Shown here: in pieces, positions 38,712 to 48,232 of the stretch | Position numbering within the stretch: position 1 is the stretch's first letter | Layout of the letters: every line of letters begins with the position of its first letter | Virus record (IMG/VR): IMGVR_UViG_3300045988_101307 | Coordinates: 24,894 to 88,893 of that record | Source of the DNA: a virus | Reading direction: 5' to 3' (one strand) | Length of the DNA stretch: 64,000 nucleotides | Made by a program: the position numbers and the translations under genes | Notes under the pieces: generated by a model | Told to the model about the DNA's origin: nothing | What the model saw: only the letters and a program-made list of their open reading frames with translations | The model's database searches: none

Positions 38712-39054
38712 TTTTAACTCCTCTCATCGCCTCTATGATTCTATCTGCTATAGTTATAGACCATGACACCACATCTGGTACATATACTCCGCAATCTATT
38801 TCACCTTTTCTATTTTGTGCTTTAACAAACTCAATAGAATAAGCCTTGATAAGATCGAATCTACGTTGCTCCCAGTCTACATCTTTGTTTTCGTCATTTA
38901 CAGGAAGGGTATCGAGATAAAAATTTAAACTCTCACTTATCACATTCCCATTATCACCATAGAACTGTATTCTGTCATGGTCGCTTCTTGTAGTTGAGCT
39001 ACTGAAAGTGATTACGTCTATTATCTCTCCTGTTCTTCTAATTTTTCTTTTCAT
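38704..39054 (-). CDS. Hypothetical protein (116 aa).
   Basis: ORF. Confidence 0.45.
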   Translation of the reverse strand: MKRKIRRTGEIIDVITFSSSTTRSDHDRIQFYGDNGNVISESLNFYLDTLPVNDENKDVDWEQRRFDLIKAYSIEFVKAQNRKGEIDCGVYVPDVVSWSITIADRIIEAMRGVKNA

Positions 39055-39284
39055 ACTCTTCTTGTATTTCTGACCAATATAGGCATTATTATTTCTATGG
39101 TCTTGCCATATTTCTTATGAGATGCAAGTACACATATTGCATATTTATCTCCTATTTTCAAATCTTTCGATAATCTTAATCTCGAACCCCTTTTGATGTT
39201 AATAAAATAATAACCAAAAGGATTGATGCATATCGGTTTTACGATTTCTATATAATCTCCTTCAGGAATAACAATATCGTTCAT
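39051..39284 (-). CDS. Hypothetical protein (77 aa).
   Basis: ORF. Confidence 0.4.
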   Translation of the reverse strand: MNDIVIPEGDYIEIVKPICINPFGYYFINIKRGSRLRLSKDLKIGDKYAICVLASHKKYGKTIEIIMPILVRNTRRV

Positions 39285-40597
39285 ATTATGAATCTTTTAG
39301 ACATTTCCTCTGCAATATCATACACGACCGTATGATCCTCTTCATTGTACGGCTTATTGATATTCAGCACTCCTTTTCTCACTTTGAACTTCTTATCTTT
39401 TCTAAGGTGATTCAACATACCTTGTTGGAACACGCAGTCCGCTTTCTCCATAGCAGCATTTTTATCAGACCATTCTTTTAGCGTATAACCTTTACTGTTC
39501 GTGCTTTTTGGAGAAAAATTCATAATACGTGCATCAATTCCGTACCAGTTTTTAACCATTCTTCTTTCAGCCTCCAATTGAAAAGCGTGTTCATTTCGTA
39601 TGTCACCTGATTTAAAATCTAAGATAACAATCTCTTCTTTCTCCACTTCTCTCACTTCCTTCTTCGGATCACCTTTTTTGAACTGCCCTGTGGCCCTTTG
39701 ATACACGGCTCCAAAATAACCTTCTTCTTTGTATTTGAATGTCATTTCAACCATCGCATCTATCGGCGTAGCTACCAAATAGTCCTCTAATGACAATATT
39801 CTTTCAATCATCATCGGCTTAACCTTATACTCCGAACAAAACTTAGCAAACTTCATAACTCTGACAATCATATCGTCAAGATCATCTATGCTACCAAAGA
39901 ATTTGTCAAGATTCTTTTTTGATATTTTAAGCTTGCCTTCTTGCACTGTCTTAACTATAAAACTTCGATTTAAGACCATATCTCTACCCGTCAAGTACAA
40001 TCCGTATAGGTAGTGCATGATCGTTCCTTTATCTGCATCATATTCTGATACTTCTTCCGGATTGCGACCAATCATCCTCATCTCCTGTCTCCATTCTTGA
40101 AGAGCCGTCTTGTCATCTACGAATCCGTCTCTGATCATGGTTGTTACCGAGGCGTATATCTTGGCTGTCCCATCGTCCATCTTTCTTACATAAAAACGAT
40201 TACCGTCTAATGTCAATCTTACGAATTTGGGAGTCTCAATCTTCTTTAACTCATCACAGATATAAAACGGCTCTAACGTTTCCTGATTTTCTGTAAACGG
40301 ATTCGAATCCTCTTCTCCAGGGTTAGAAGCGGCTTCCTCCGCCGGAGCTTCCGGTTCCTCCTTCTGGGCCTGCTCTGGCTCAGGCGCCGGCTCTTCAACT
40401 ACTGGAACCTGTCCGCCTCTTTCTGCTATGTCTCTGTTCTTTATTAAAGACATAACCTCCTTCTTCAACTGCTCTGGTGTTTGATTAGGATCTGACACCG
40501 ACATCACAACATCGTTCATTCTAAACAACGTATTTCCTTCTCCTTCCACCATAGGAACAAATCCTAAATCTGTCAATATTTTTATTTTCTCTTTCAT
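39281..40597 (-). CDS. Putative RecB-like PD-(D/E)XK nuclease with an acidic, Pro/Glu-rich N-terminal linker. No Fe-S cysteines.
   Basis: PIDAMVE, ILDFKSG (DxK) and HAFQLEA (QL motif) parallel the motifs of the Cas4-like gene at 29604-30623. Confidence 0.35.
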   Translation of the reverse strand: MKEKIKILTDLGFVPMVEGEGNTLFRMNDVVMSVSDPNQTPEQLKKEVMSLIKNRDIAERGGQVPVVEEPAPEPEQAQKEEPEAPAEEAASNPGEEDSNPFTENQETLEPFYICDELKKIETPKFVRLTLDGNRFYVRKMDDGTAKIYASVTTMIRDGFVDDKTALQEWRQEMRMIGRNPEEVSEYDADKGTIMHYLYGLYLTGRDMVLNRSFIVKTVQEGKLKISKKNLDKFFGSIDDLDDMIVRVMKFAKFCSEYKVKPMMIERILSLEDYLVATPIDAMVEMTFKYKEEGYFGAVYQRATGQFKKGDPKKEVREVEKEEIVILDFKSGDIRNEHAFQLEAERRMVKNWYGIDARIMNFSPKSTNSKGYTLKEWSDKNAAMEKADCVFQQGMLNHLRKDKKFKVRKGVLNINKPYNEEDHTVVYDIAEEMSKRFII

Positions 40598-40779
40598 GAT
40601 CTTCCTCTAATCAATTCTTCTTTAATACAATGTAACACTGTTTCCACTTCATCTTTATCTTTATCTTTCACTGCGATAGCTATATCCTTACCATAACTCT
40701 CTCTCTGTATATGAGCATAAAAGATAGTTTCATTGTCAGCTTCTATTCTTATTTTATAAAGTTTTCTCATATCTGTCAA
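40594..40779 (-). CDS. Small hypothetical protein (61 aa).
   Basis: ORF. Confidence 0.35.
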   Translation of the reverse strand: MTDMRKLYKIRIEADNETIFYAHIQRESYGKDIAIAVKDKDKDEVETVLHCIKEELIRGRS

Positions 40780-41278
40780 TTATTTCAATAATTAATCTAC
40801 CTCTTTCTTTAATCATTCCCCTGTTTTCCATATCCAGTACCTTCTTTACCGCATACTTCCACACAAAAGGAAATTCTGTTTCAAGTTTATCAAATTCCAT
40901 CCTGTCAAGATACATGTCGAATACCGTATGCTCCGATTCATGTAGGAAAACTATATTATCCCTGCAAGTAGCAACCGACTTATATATCCTTTTCGGAAGT
41001 ATGTGACATACGTTACATACTGTAGGAAAATGAATAGCCTTACCGGTCATAGACATTCGAATAGTACTCAACTCCTCCAACATAAGACGAAAAAACCCGG
41101 ATAAATCCGGGTTCTCTAACTTTTTCTTCTTGCTGCTGTTTTTAATGGATGTAATTCTGTCTTTTTTCTTCGGAGTCAACTCTTTGCTCCTGCAAGCCTG
41201 GCATAAGCCATGACTTCTTATCATTACTTTTCGTCCGCATTTTTCGCAGACGTATAGCTTCTTTTCCTTGCTTTCCAT
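40754..41278 (-). CDS. NinG/Rap-like HNH-type Zn-binding protein.
   Basis: N-terminal CEKCG ... CQAC ribbon. CNVCH ... DNIVFLHESEH resembles an HNH core. Confidence 0.35.
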   Translation of the reverse strand: MESKEKKLYVCEKCGRKVMIRSHGLCQACRSKELTPKKKDRITSIKNSSKKKKLENPDLSGFFRLMLEELSTIRMSMTGKAIHFPTVCNVCHILPKRIYKSVATCRDNIVFLHESEHTVFDMYLDRMEFDKLETEFPFVWKYAVKKVLDMENRGMIKERGRLIIEIIDRYEKTL

Positions 41279-41463
41279 TCGAATAATAATGATATTATTG
41301 AAAAGAATAATCCCGCTGAAGCCAGTAGATAAGGTACGTTCATTAATAATTTAGATACCTCGTCTGTCTTAATCACTATCAGAAGGAAAGCGCCTGCTGA
41401 AAGCAATGATATTATCGCCACAACAAGCGCTATGTTGGAAACTACATCAGCCTTACTCTTCAC
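41224..41463 (-). CDS. Small membrane protein with two TM helices.
   Basis: Hydrophobic 79-aa ORF. Confidence 0.4.
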   Translation of the reverse strand: MKSKADVVSNIALVVAIISLLSAGAFLLIVIKTDEVSKLLMNVPYLLASAGLFFSIISLLFEWKARKRSYTSAKNADEK

Positions 41464-41923
41464 TCTTCTTCTCGCCTAATTTTTTAGCTCCCTTCTGAAG
41501 ATCGTATTTAAACACTTCAATGATTTTCGTTTCCACAATAGACTCGCAATTCCAGTCTCCTAACGTACCCTGCATACCTTTAGTCAACACAGCTTCGGCA
41601 TCCTTAGGATTGCCGGCCTGGATATACATATAGCATGGAGTTTTCTTTTCTTTACCTTTCTTTTCATCCAGTGTAATGTAATTCACCTTACACTTATACC
41701 AGTACTCAGCTTCTCCGTTGAAGAAGATTTCCGACACTTTAATAGGATTAATTTTTACAACCTCGAAAGAATTGTACAAATCCTTGAAGATCTCCAACGA
41801 TCTTGATTCTGCCTCTGTGTAAGACAAGGCATCCACTAAATACTTTTCAGTTACTTTCTTTTTTTTGCCGTTCTCGATATTATCAATCTCGGCTTTTACC
41901 GTAATTTCAAACCATCTATTCAT
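41453..41923 (-). CDS. Hypothetical protein (156 aa).
   Basis: ORF. Confidence 0.5.
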   Translation of the reverse strand: MNRWFEITVKAEIDNIENGKKKKVTEKYLVDALSYTEAESRSLEIFKDLYNSFEVVKINPIKVSEIFFNGEAEYWYKCKVNYITLDEKKGKEKKTPCYMYIQAGNPKDAEAVLTKGMQGTLGDWNCESIVETKIIEVFKYDLQKGAKKLGEKKSEE

Positions 41924-41934
41924 TGTATTAATAT

Positions 41935-42210
41935 TTAATTAGTTGATTTCTTTCCTTTCTCTATACTATTTTTAAATCTTTCAGAACACCACTGCAAAAC
42001 GTCCATCATCATCATCTCATTGTTGGATAAGATACCTTTTATAATTAACGCCAATTGATGCTGTGACATTCTTTGACTCATATCAAATCTTCTTTCCTCT
42101 TCATTTACTATCGTAGCCACGAAATACTTACACCCCTCTAAGTGCGTCAGGGCTTCAATCATAGCTTCTTTTATCTCTTTTTCTTCCATTCTGTTTGTTT
42201 TTTTGGACAA
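41935..42210 (-). CDS. Hypothetical protein (91 aa).
   Basis: ORF. Confidence 0.45.
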   Translation of the reverse strand: MSKKTNRMEEKEIKEAMIEALTHLEGCKYFVATIVNEEERRFDMSQRMSQHQLALIIKGILSNNEMMMMDVLQWCSERFKNSIEKGKKSTN

Positions 42211-42262
42211 AGATATGTCTTTTGATAATAAAAAAGATTCAAAATGATTTAATTTAGCTTAA

Positions 42263-42493
42263 TTACGGCTCTTTTGATTCGTCCGGTATAGGCATGTCAA
42301 ACTTTTTTCTGATAAACGACTCTGTTTCTTCATTGAATGGATAGGCCTCCTTGATAAAATTCATAGCTACCTCCATGTCACCGTCTGCTATATCTTTATA
42401 CCTTTCAAAGATACCAACCAGGTCATTGTTGTATGAACGTTCTTGTTTTATGTTGTACACGTATTTCAATACCCTGTCTTTGATCTGTTGCAC
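42263..42493 (-). CDS. Hypothetical protein (76 aa).
   Basis: ORF. Confidence 0.4.
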   Translation of the reverse strand: MQQIKDRVLKYVYNIKQERSYNNDLVGIFERYKDIADGDMEVAMNFIKEAYPFNEETESFIRKKFDMPIPDESKEP

Positions 42494-42707
42494 CTTCTAT
42501 GGTTCTAAAACCGATGCCGATATCTTTTAACATAAATACTGGAACTCCAGTTCTTGGATACACGACTTCTTTTTTGTTCTTTATATTCCAGTTTTTAGCT
42601 TCAATTGGAATACCTTTACCAGCAAGCTCTTTGTCTATATACAGATATATCTCTTTGCATGTCAATGACACAATCTCATCTCTGCTTAAATCAAAAACTG
42701 TTTTCAT
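42423..42707 (-). CDS. Hypothetical protein (94 aa).
   Basis: ORF. The 71-nt overlap with its neighbour suggests a later start. Confidence 0.4.
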   Translation of the reverse strand: MKTVFDLSRDEIVSLTCKEIYLYIDKELAGKGIPIEAKNWNIKNKKEVVYPRTGVPVFMLKDIGIGFRTIEGATDQRQGIEIRVQHKTRTFIQQ

Positions 42708-42907
42708 TTCTTTTTATTTATTAAATTAAACAATCTACCTCTTTGTTCGGGCTCCGTATATTCAACCCATATATCGGCTGCCACATTTCTAAGAAATTCC
42801 ATAAAGTCTTGATGATCCCTGTATTCAGCAGAATCAACTTTTCTCACAAAACTTAGAATTTCCTTTAACATCTTATTGTTTTCTTCAAGAAGTTCTCTGT
42901 CGGTCAT
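42704..42907 (-). CDS. Hypothetical protein (67 aa).
   Basis: ORF. Confidence 0.4.
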   Translation of the reverse strand: MTDRELLEENNKMLKEILSFVRKVDSAEYRDHQDFMEFLRNVAADIWVEYTEPEQRGRLFNLINKKK

Positions 42908-43027
42908 AACCTTTCATATTTTCTTCTTAAGTCTTTACCTGCCCAGATATCATGATCTTTTTCTTGTTCTTGATAAATCTTTGCTGCTTTTTCAATATCT
43001 TCTCTTTTCATAATTTTATACTTTAAT

Positions 43028-43531
43028 CTAACCTCCAATAAAATCATCGGGAGTTATATATCCTACTGATTCCATACGGTCTATAATCTCATTCGCATTC
43101 ATTTCTGAACCGTTCCATTCAAGTATGATTTCATTTCCTGAAGCCATGCTCAAATTAGGCTCATTATCTCTAAATCCTGAGAAAGCAAGATGTTCCCAAA
43201 TGGATTGCAGTGCAAGGTCCGCTTCGTTTTGTTTGTTTTCTGCTTTCTTTATGGCATTTCTTAATTTTTTATTCATTATCACCCCCCTTTCTTCTTCGCA
43301 TGGGAGCAAGTCCTCGATGTATGCCCAGCGCATATAATGATCCTTTTCTGAAAGTTCTTCCCATGGCTTGCTCTTGGTTAAATAGACCAAATCATAAGCA
43401 CCGTCAATATCCTCCACAATGAGCAGCTTCCCTTTGTCTGGCTTTTCTCTTGCATCGTGCCACACGCTGTTAATGCGCCATTCTGCACCAGCTTTAAAAA
43501 GAGGAACAGCATATTCTATATCTTGTTTCAT
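43028..43531 (-). CDS. Hypothetical protein (167 aa).
   Basis: ORF. Confidence 0.5.
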   Translation of the reverse strand: MKQDIEYAVPLFKAGAEWRINSVWHDAREKPDKGKLLIVEDIDGAYDLVYLTKSKPWEELSEKDHYMRWAYIEDLLPCEEERGVIMNKKLRNAIKKAENKQNEADLALQSIWEHLAFSGFRDNEPNLSMASGNEIILEWNGSEMNANEIIDRMESVGYITPDDFIGG

Positions 43532-43667
43532 GTCTTATTATTGTTTAATTAATTTAAATATTTTTAGTTTTGAAATTATTTAATATGCTTATCGGCTGGA
43601 TTGATTATCAATCCATCGTCACATGAAGGGAATGATATGTTAGATTCTCCATTATCAAGATTAGTCA

Positions 43668-43823
43668 GTTTAACCGTTCCAGCATATTCATCATCCACAA
43701 AAAAAACAATTGACCCGAAGAAACCACAAACCTGCATTGATATGCATTCATCATTGCTCCAAGTTGTCTAATCTTAGTTTTAATCTCTAAAAGTTGAGCG
43801 TTGTTGATTATATTCTTATTCAT
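43668..43823 (-). CDS. Small ORF (51 aa) in the 43.5-44.0 kb gap, below the track cutoff.
   Basis: Manual translation MNKNIINNAQLLEIKTKIRQLGAMMNAYQCRFVVSSGQLFFLWMMNMLERLN. Confidence 0.25.
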
Positions 43824-43829
43824 ATTTTA

Positions 43830-43970
43830 TTAAAGTTTATCTATTATTTTGTCACCCATTTCCTGCCATTCATCACTCACGCTTATAACCAATCCTATGA
43901 CAGTGAATGATAATAACAACGTAAAAATAAGCCATAACAGAAAGCAGATAAAAACACATACATACCTCAT
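43830..43970 (-). CDS. Small hydrophobic membrane peptide (46 aa), below the track cutoff.
   Basis: Manual translation MRYVCVFICFLLWLIFTLLLSFTVIGLVISVSDEWQEMGDKIIDKL. Confidence 0.3.
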   Translation of the reverse strand: MRYVCVFICFLLWLIFTLLLSFTVIGLVISVSDEWQEMGDKIIDKL

Positions 43971-43976
43971 GATTTT

Positions 43977-44723
43977 TCAGTTGTTAGATAAAAGCAAAAT
44001 CGGTTCATTTGACTCCGCAATTGCTTTTATTTGTTCTGGATTGATAAAACTCTTGACTTGTTCGCTTATATTACAAATGGACTTGATCATATCAACGAAT
44101 AATTTTGAGGTGCATTCGTTGCATTCCACTTCCATTACCGGCTTATATCGATTGTATGACATACCTGCTACACAATTCAGCCAGTGCGCATAGGTTCCTT
44201 TTTCTGTATTTAACCTGCTGTATTCTACTTTTGTCTCTCCATTTCCATATTCAATTACTCTTTTTAGAAATGGTTTTGCATAAACACTAAAACCGAAAGG
44301 TTGGGTGTTTAAGGCATCTAAACGGGAAGTTCCATCCCTCCATTTTCCATTTTCATCGCCTCCTGTCCATTCCTTAGAGGGGTTAGGGACAATATTTCCG
44401 TTTTTGTCATAGGAAAACATGCAATTCGTTTCCAGTTGATACTTAATAATAGGCACTTCTTCTACTATTTTATAACTCAAACATCTCTTTAAAACTTCCC
44501 TGATTTGACTTTCCAAATCAGAAAGTGCTATACTATTAAAATATCCTTCATTGCCTAATCTGTTTGTAGGTAATTTGATCCCATAAGAATGAATCTTATC
44601 CACATCTTCTTTTGACAAGGTAGTGGTAAACACTCCTTCTTTGGTGACATTCACTTTAGCAGTTACAGATAAACTGTTGTTAGCATTCTTTTCCGTTATA
44701 TTTAGTGTTGTTAATGCTGCCAT
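43977..44723 (-). CDS. Hypothetical protein (248 aa).
   Basis: ORF. Confidence 0.55.
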   Translation of the reverse strand: MAALTTLNITEKNANNSLSVTAKVNVTKEGVFTTTLSKEDVDKIHSYGIKLPTNRLGNEGYFNSIALSDLESQIREVLKRCLSYKIVEEVPIIKYQLETNCMFSYDKNGNIVPNPSKEWTGGDENGKWRDGTSRLDALNTQPFGFSVYAKPFLKRVIEYGNGETKVEYSRLNTEKGTYAHWLNCVAGMSYNRYKPVMEVECNECTSKLFVDMIKSICNISEQVKSFINPEQIKAIAESNEPILLLSNN

Positions 44724-44741
44724 AATCAGATCTTTTTAAAA

Positions 44742-44993
44742 TCAATTTGAATAAATATAATGCATTCCTGCTTCATATACCTTATGTACATCAGGGTCAT
44801 TCTTGTCTTCCGGTTCCAATTCACTCTCTTCACGAGTATAATCCCATTCAGAGTTGTAGTACATATTCTCATTTGTTTTCTCCAAGGAGCAATCTTTCAT
44901 CAAATTCAGATATTCTCCCCAAACTGCAACTTCTTGCTGTTGCTCTTCTTCTGTCATAAGAGATATTTTGTCTTTCAATTCTTTCCAGGTCAT
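44742..44993 (-). CDS. Acidic hypothetical protein (83 aa).
   Basis: ORF. Confidence 0.4.
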   Translation of the reverse strand: MTWKELKDKISLMTEEEQQQEVAVWGEYLNLMKDCSLEKTNENMYYNSEWDYTREESELEPEDKNDPDVHKVYEAGMHYIYSN

Positions 44994-45022
44994 AGCTTGA
45001 TTTATAAAAGGTGATTACTAAT

Positions 45023-45406
45023 TCATTCCACATCAAAAAGTTGATCCAATACCAATAATTCCGCATTCATATCTTCATCTTTTGGGAAACGAACTTTTAT
45101 GTTCCCAAACTTAGATGTTTTGAATAAAATGTAGGGATTCATATCCTCGGCAGTTACCGGTTTATATTCCTTGATTTCCGACATCTTGAGATACCAGTCG
45201 CCTATTTTCACAAATCCGGAGAAGACAGAACACAGATGCGCTTTTACAGACTGTATCTCCTTTTTATCTTTGAAAGGTATAATTTCCTCCTTCCCTCTTA
45301 TCCTGATTGACAGGAAAGGACAAATATTATCTGTTTCATTTTGGAACTTAAAGCCTGTTATAGCCTGCTTTGGGATTCTTCTCCCCATTAATACAAAATA
45401 GCTCAT
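45023..45406 (-). CDS. Hypothetical protein (127 aa).
   Basis: ORF. Confidence 0.45.
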   Translation of the reverse strand: MSYFVLMGRRIPKQAITGFKFQNETDNICPFLSIRIRGKEEIIPFKDKKEIQSVKAHLCSVFSGFVKIGDWYLKMSEIKEYKPVTAEDMNPYILFKTSKFGNIKVRFPKDEDMNAELLVLDQLFDVE

Positions 45407-45418
45407 TGTTGAAAATAT

Positions 45419-46216
45419 TTAATTGGACATAAATATACAAGTTTTACTAAGATATCCTTCTGTCATCTCTATGAAATTCACACAATCTAATTTGCTTAAT
45501 TTGTAAATCAATGCCGGATTGTGTATTATGGCTATAATTTGTGTTTGTGGTTTATGGAATGATAATACATTATAAATTTGCATTATATTGTCAATGTCAA
45601 GATTCCTGTCTGGCTCATCCATGAGAACCGTGTATTCAAAACTGCTTTCTGCTAATGTTATGCGGTTTCTTTTATAATACTTCAACAGACTATCAATCCT
45701 TTTAATCCAAAACGCATTTGATTTTTTCTTGTATTCTACAAGATCTTGTATTGGAAACGTATAATCCTTTTGACCGAACATTAAATTGAAAAGTGATTCC
45801 AATGATAACACCACTTTCTCTCCATAAGATCTTCTAATATTATTCACATACAAATCTAAGTTGCTGATGTTTTTCAATACACTATCTCGATTCATCTCCG
45901 CCGATGGCAATAAACGGAATACTTTCCCTGCATAATCGGATGATATGTCAATCCCATCAAGAACCTTGTCATCATCATCAAATATAGGTGGAAAATCCAG
46001 TGCCTCGATCGGTATTTCAGAGCACATGGATTTCTCACATAACGCATACATTGATATGATGTTAAGCAAGGTTGATTTTCCACTACCGTTTTTACCTACA
46101 ATCACATTCACTCCTGGCTTGAAAATAAATTCTCTACTATTTTCAAACGCTTCTATGTCAGAAGCATATTCAAAAGGAGTTTTTGTATTGTCTTTTATTT
46201 TTACTGATGTTATCAT
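45419..46216 (-). CDS. Stand-alone ABC-type ATPase domain protein (AAA_21/RecF-like class).
   Basis: Walker A GKNGSGKST. Signature-like SYGEKV. Walker B VLMDEPDRNLD. H-loop IIHNP. Confidence 0.65.
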   Translation of the reverse strand: MITSVKIKDNTKTPFEYASDIEAFENSREFIFKPGVNVIVGKNGSGKSTLLNIISMYALCEKSMCSEIPIEALDFPPIFDDDDKVLDGIDISSDYAGKVFRLLPSAEMNRDSVLKNISNLDLYVNNIRRSYGEKVVLSLESLFNLMFGQKDYTFPIQDLVEYKKKSNAFWIKRIDSLLKYYKRNRITLAESSFEYTVLMDEPDRNLDIDNIMQIYNVLSFHKPQTQIIAIIHNPALIYKLSKLDCVNFIEMTEGYLSKTCIFMSN

Positions 46217-46227
46217 TGTAATCCTTT

Positions 46228-47082
46228 TTAAAAATCAATTACCGCCCGAACCATGTCTCCGATGTGCTTGTTGCCGGTGCCCGTGAGGCCACTGGAAAAG
46301 ACCACGTACCACGCGACGGCCTGGCTGCTCTCAGTACTGGACCAATACCACGTCGAGGAGAGGGGAGATGCCGAAACATAAGTGAATGCTTTGTTTAGTT
46401 CGCCCATATAATGGGCCATTAAATTTAATTGACCAAGAGATGGTATATACTCGCCATCTTCCAGCAGATTTCTCAATTTTGGATTTCTGGTTACAAGGCG
46501 TTCCGTATTGCCGCATCCGTCAATGTCAAACAGCGCATCACATTCACGTTCGTAATATGTCCCACTTCCGGATTCTTCACGGCTATCATCGTCAAGCAAT
46601 TGTATGATATCATGCTCCGTCAGTGAGATTGCAAATGACATGTATCTGTGCTTCAACCCAATGTATCGTACACAATCTTTGGAGTTATCGCCGGTAAACG
46701 GCTCTGCATGTCCGTCTTTGTAGATTATATACAGTCCGTCAGTTGACTCTTTCTTATCCTCTTCGGATGGTACTCTGTTTTCACATGTACATTTCTCACT
46801 TTTGGATCTTACGATTATATTCAACTCATTTAATACATGATCCCTGATGACGCTCTCGCACGCTTTTCTTACAAAATCATGATCTCTTCGTTTGAGTTCA
46901 TCATTCACCATGCATCTGATCCAGTTTTCTATCTGGTTGTCACCTCCATATGTATTAACCATGTACCGTTTTACGTGTTTCTCCAATAACGGCTCTATGT
47001 TTTTGATTATATCTTCTTTGGTAAGGTGAAGTTCATTTAATATACAGTTCCTTATTGCCCTGTATTCTTTACTTGTGCTCAT
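46228..47082 (-). CDS. Protein with a C-terminal DUF1566 (Lcl-type C-type-lectin-like) domain. Its GC-rich 3' end is a candidate DGR variable region.
   Basis: C-terminus YWSSTESSQAVAWYVVFSSGLTGTGNKHIGDMVRAVIDF matches the DUF1566 consensus (YWSST ... AW ... F..G ... K ... VR.V). The last ~110 nt are markedly GC-rich relative to the rest of the gene. Confidence 0.5.
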   Translation of the reverse strand: MSTSKEYRAIRNCILNELHLTKEDIIKNIEPLLEKHVKRYMVNTYGGDNQIENWIRCMVNDELKRRDHDFVRKACESVIRDHVLNELNIIVRSKSEKCTCENRVPSEEDKKESTDGLYIIYKDGHAEPFTGDNSKDCVRYIGLKHRYMSFAISLTEHDIIQLLDDDSREESGSGTYYERECDALFDIDGCGNTERLVTRNPKLRNLLEDGEYIPSLGQLNLMAHYMGELNKAFTYVSASPLSSTWYWSSTESSQAVAWYVVFSSGLTGTGNKHIGDMVRAVIDF

Positions 47083-47093
47083 GATATGCCCAT

Positions 47094-47561
47094 TTAATAC
47101 TGTGAATCATATTTTCTTTCTCTCCCGCTGTCTTCCCCTATAGGATTATCCCATCCGTATTTTACAGCCGTAGCTTTAAATAGAGGTAGCCCGTAAAATC
47201 TATAATCATCCTCATCCCAGTCTTCAAGACCTTCTTCCAGGATGTAGTTCCACATCATTACACATTCAAACATTAAACTGGCTGATATTCCTCTCTGATT
47301 TAATGCCTTTTCAAAACCGAATCTTACATCTTCTTCAAGCTGTTTCAAAACATTCTCCCTGGTAAATTCAACTACAGTACTGTTCCACCTTTCTTCGTTA
47401 TTGTATTCTTCGTTCGGCTCCATACCGAAATCCTTTATCATGTTATATGGGATAAATTTAGCCAGTCTGTTAAAATCTCTACCGTCTAAACATTTTGATG
47501 CTAATCCTTTAAGTTGTTCTAATGTTTTCATAAGCAATTTTGTTTTATAGGTTAATCCCAT
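47094..47561 (-). CDS. Hypothetical protein (155 aa).
   Basis: ORF. Confidence 0.45.
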   Translation of the reverse strand: MGLTYKTKLLMKTLEQLKGLASKCLDGRDFNRLAKFIPYNMIKDFGMEPNEEYNNEERWNSTVVEFTRENVLKQLEEDVRFGFEKALNQRGISASLMFECVMMWNYILEEGLEDWDEDDYRFYGLPLFKATAVKYGWDNPIGEDSGRERKYDSQY

Positions 47562-48214
47562 CCTCCAGTAGTGTACAAAGATACATCTTCCTCCTCTACG
47601 TTTACACCTTTAATAGCCTGTAGAAGTTTTTTCTTTGTCTCTCGGCACATATTGTAACCATATCCTTTATACCGATATGAGCGCTCCCATGTACTTACTG
47701 GAAAAGGAATATTTTCGTCAATGACCAGCCTCTTCATATGAAGATGTTCGAAGAATTTCTCATGATAGAGTAGTTTGTACTCGTATGCTACTATACTTGC
47801 AGATGAGAATGGAAAATAATCATCTTCTTTTTCTTCGTATTTGGGCTCCTTATAGTAAGCCATTTTTGTCACAGTAAAATCGAAGCTCCTAAGAATCTCT
47901 TTCGGCTTTCCAAACTCTGACTCTATGAACTCTATCCATACCTTTTCTCCCTCTTTCTGGAACGCACATGCCTTCTCATTTCTGTACTTAAATTTCCATC
48001 CTTCTTTCTGATGTTTTTCATCATTGAACGAATCAATAGCCTCCTGAAAATCGCTTTCACTTTCAAAGAAAATATCAATGTCTTTTACTCTTTCTCCGGA
48101 AAGGATATTTTTAAAACATCCACCAGCTATGAATCCTTTGTGGCCTTCCATATACTTGTCAAGCCATCTTATTTGCCAGAAATTATCTGGAGTATCTATT
48201 ACAAAATTATTCAT
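47552..48214 (-). CDS. Minimal nucleotidyltransferase-fold (Pol-beta superfamily) protein.
   Basis: GFIAGGCFKNILSGERVKDIDIFF fits hG[GS]x9-13Dh[DE]h. A later FDFTV supplies a plausible third carboxylate. Confidence 0.35.
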   Translation of the reverse strand: MNNFVIDTPDNFWQIRWLDKYMEGHKGFIAGGCFKNILSGERVKDIDIFFESESDFQEAIDSFNDEKHQKEGWKFKYRNEKACAFQKEGEKVWIEFIESEFGKPKEILRSFDFTVTKMAYYKEPKYEEKEDDYFPFSSASIVAYEYKLLYHEKFFEHLHMKRLVIDENIPFPVSTWERSYRYKGYGYNMCRETKKKLLQAIKGVNVEEEDVSLYTTGGWD

Positions 48215-48232
48215 ATTGTTTATGTTTTGCCG

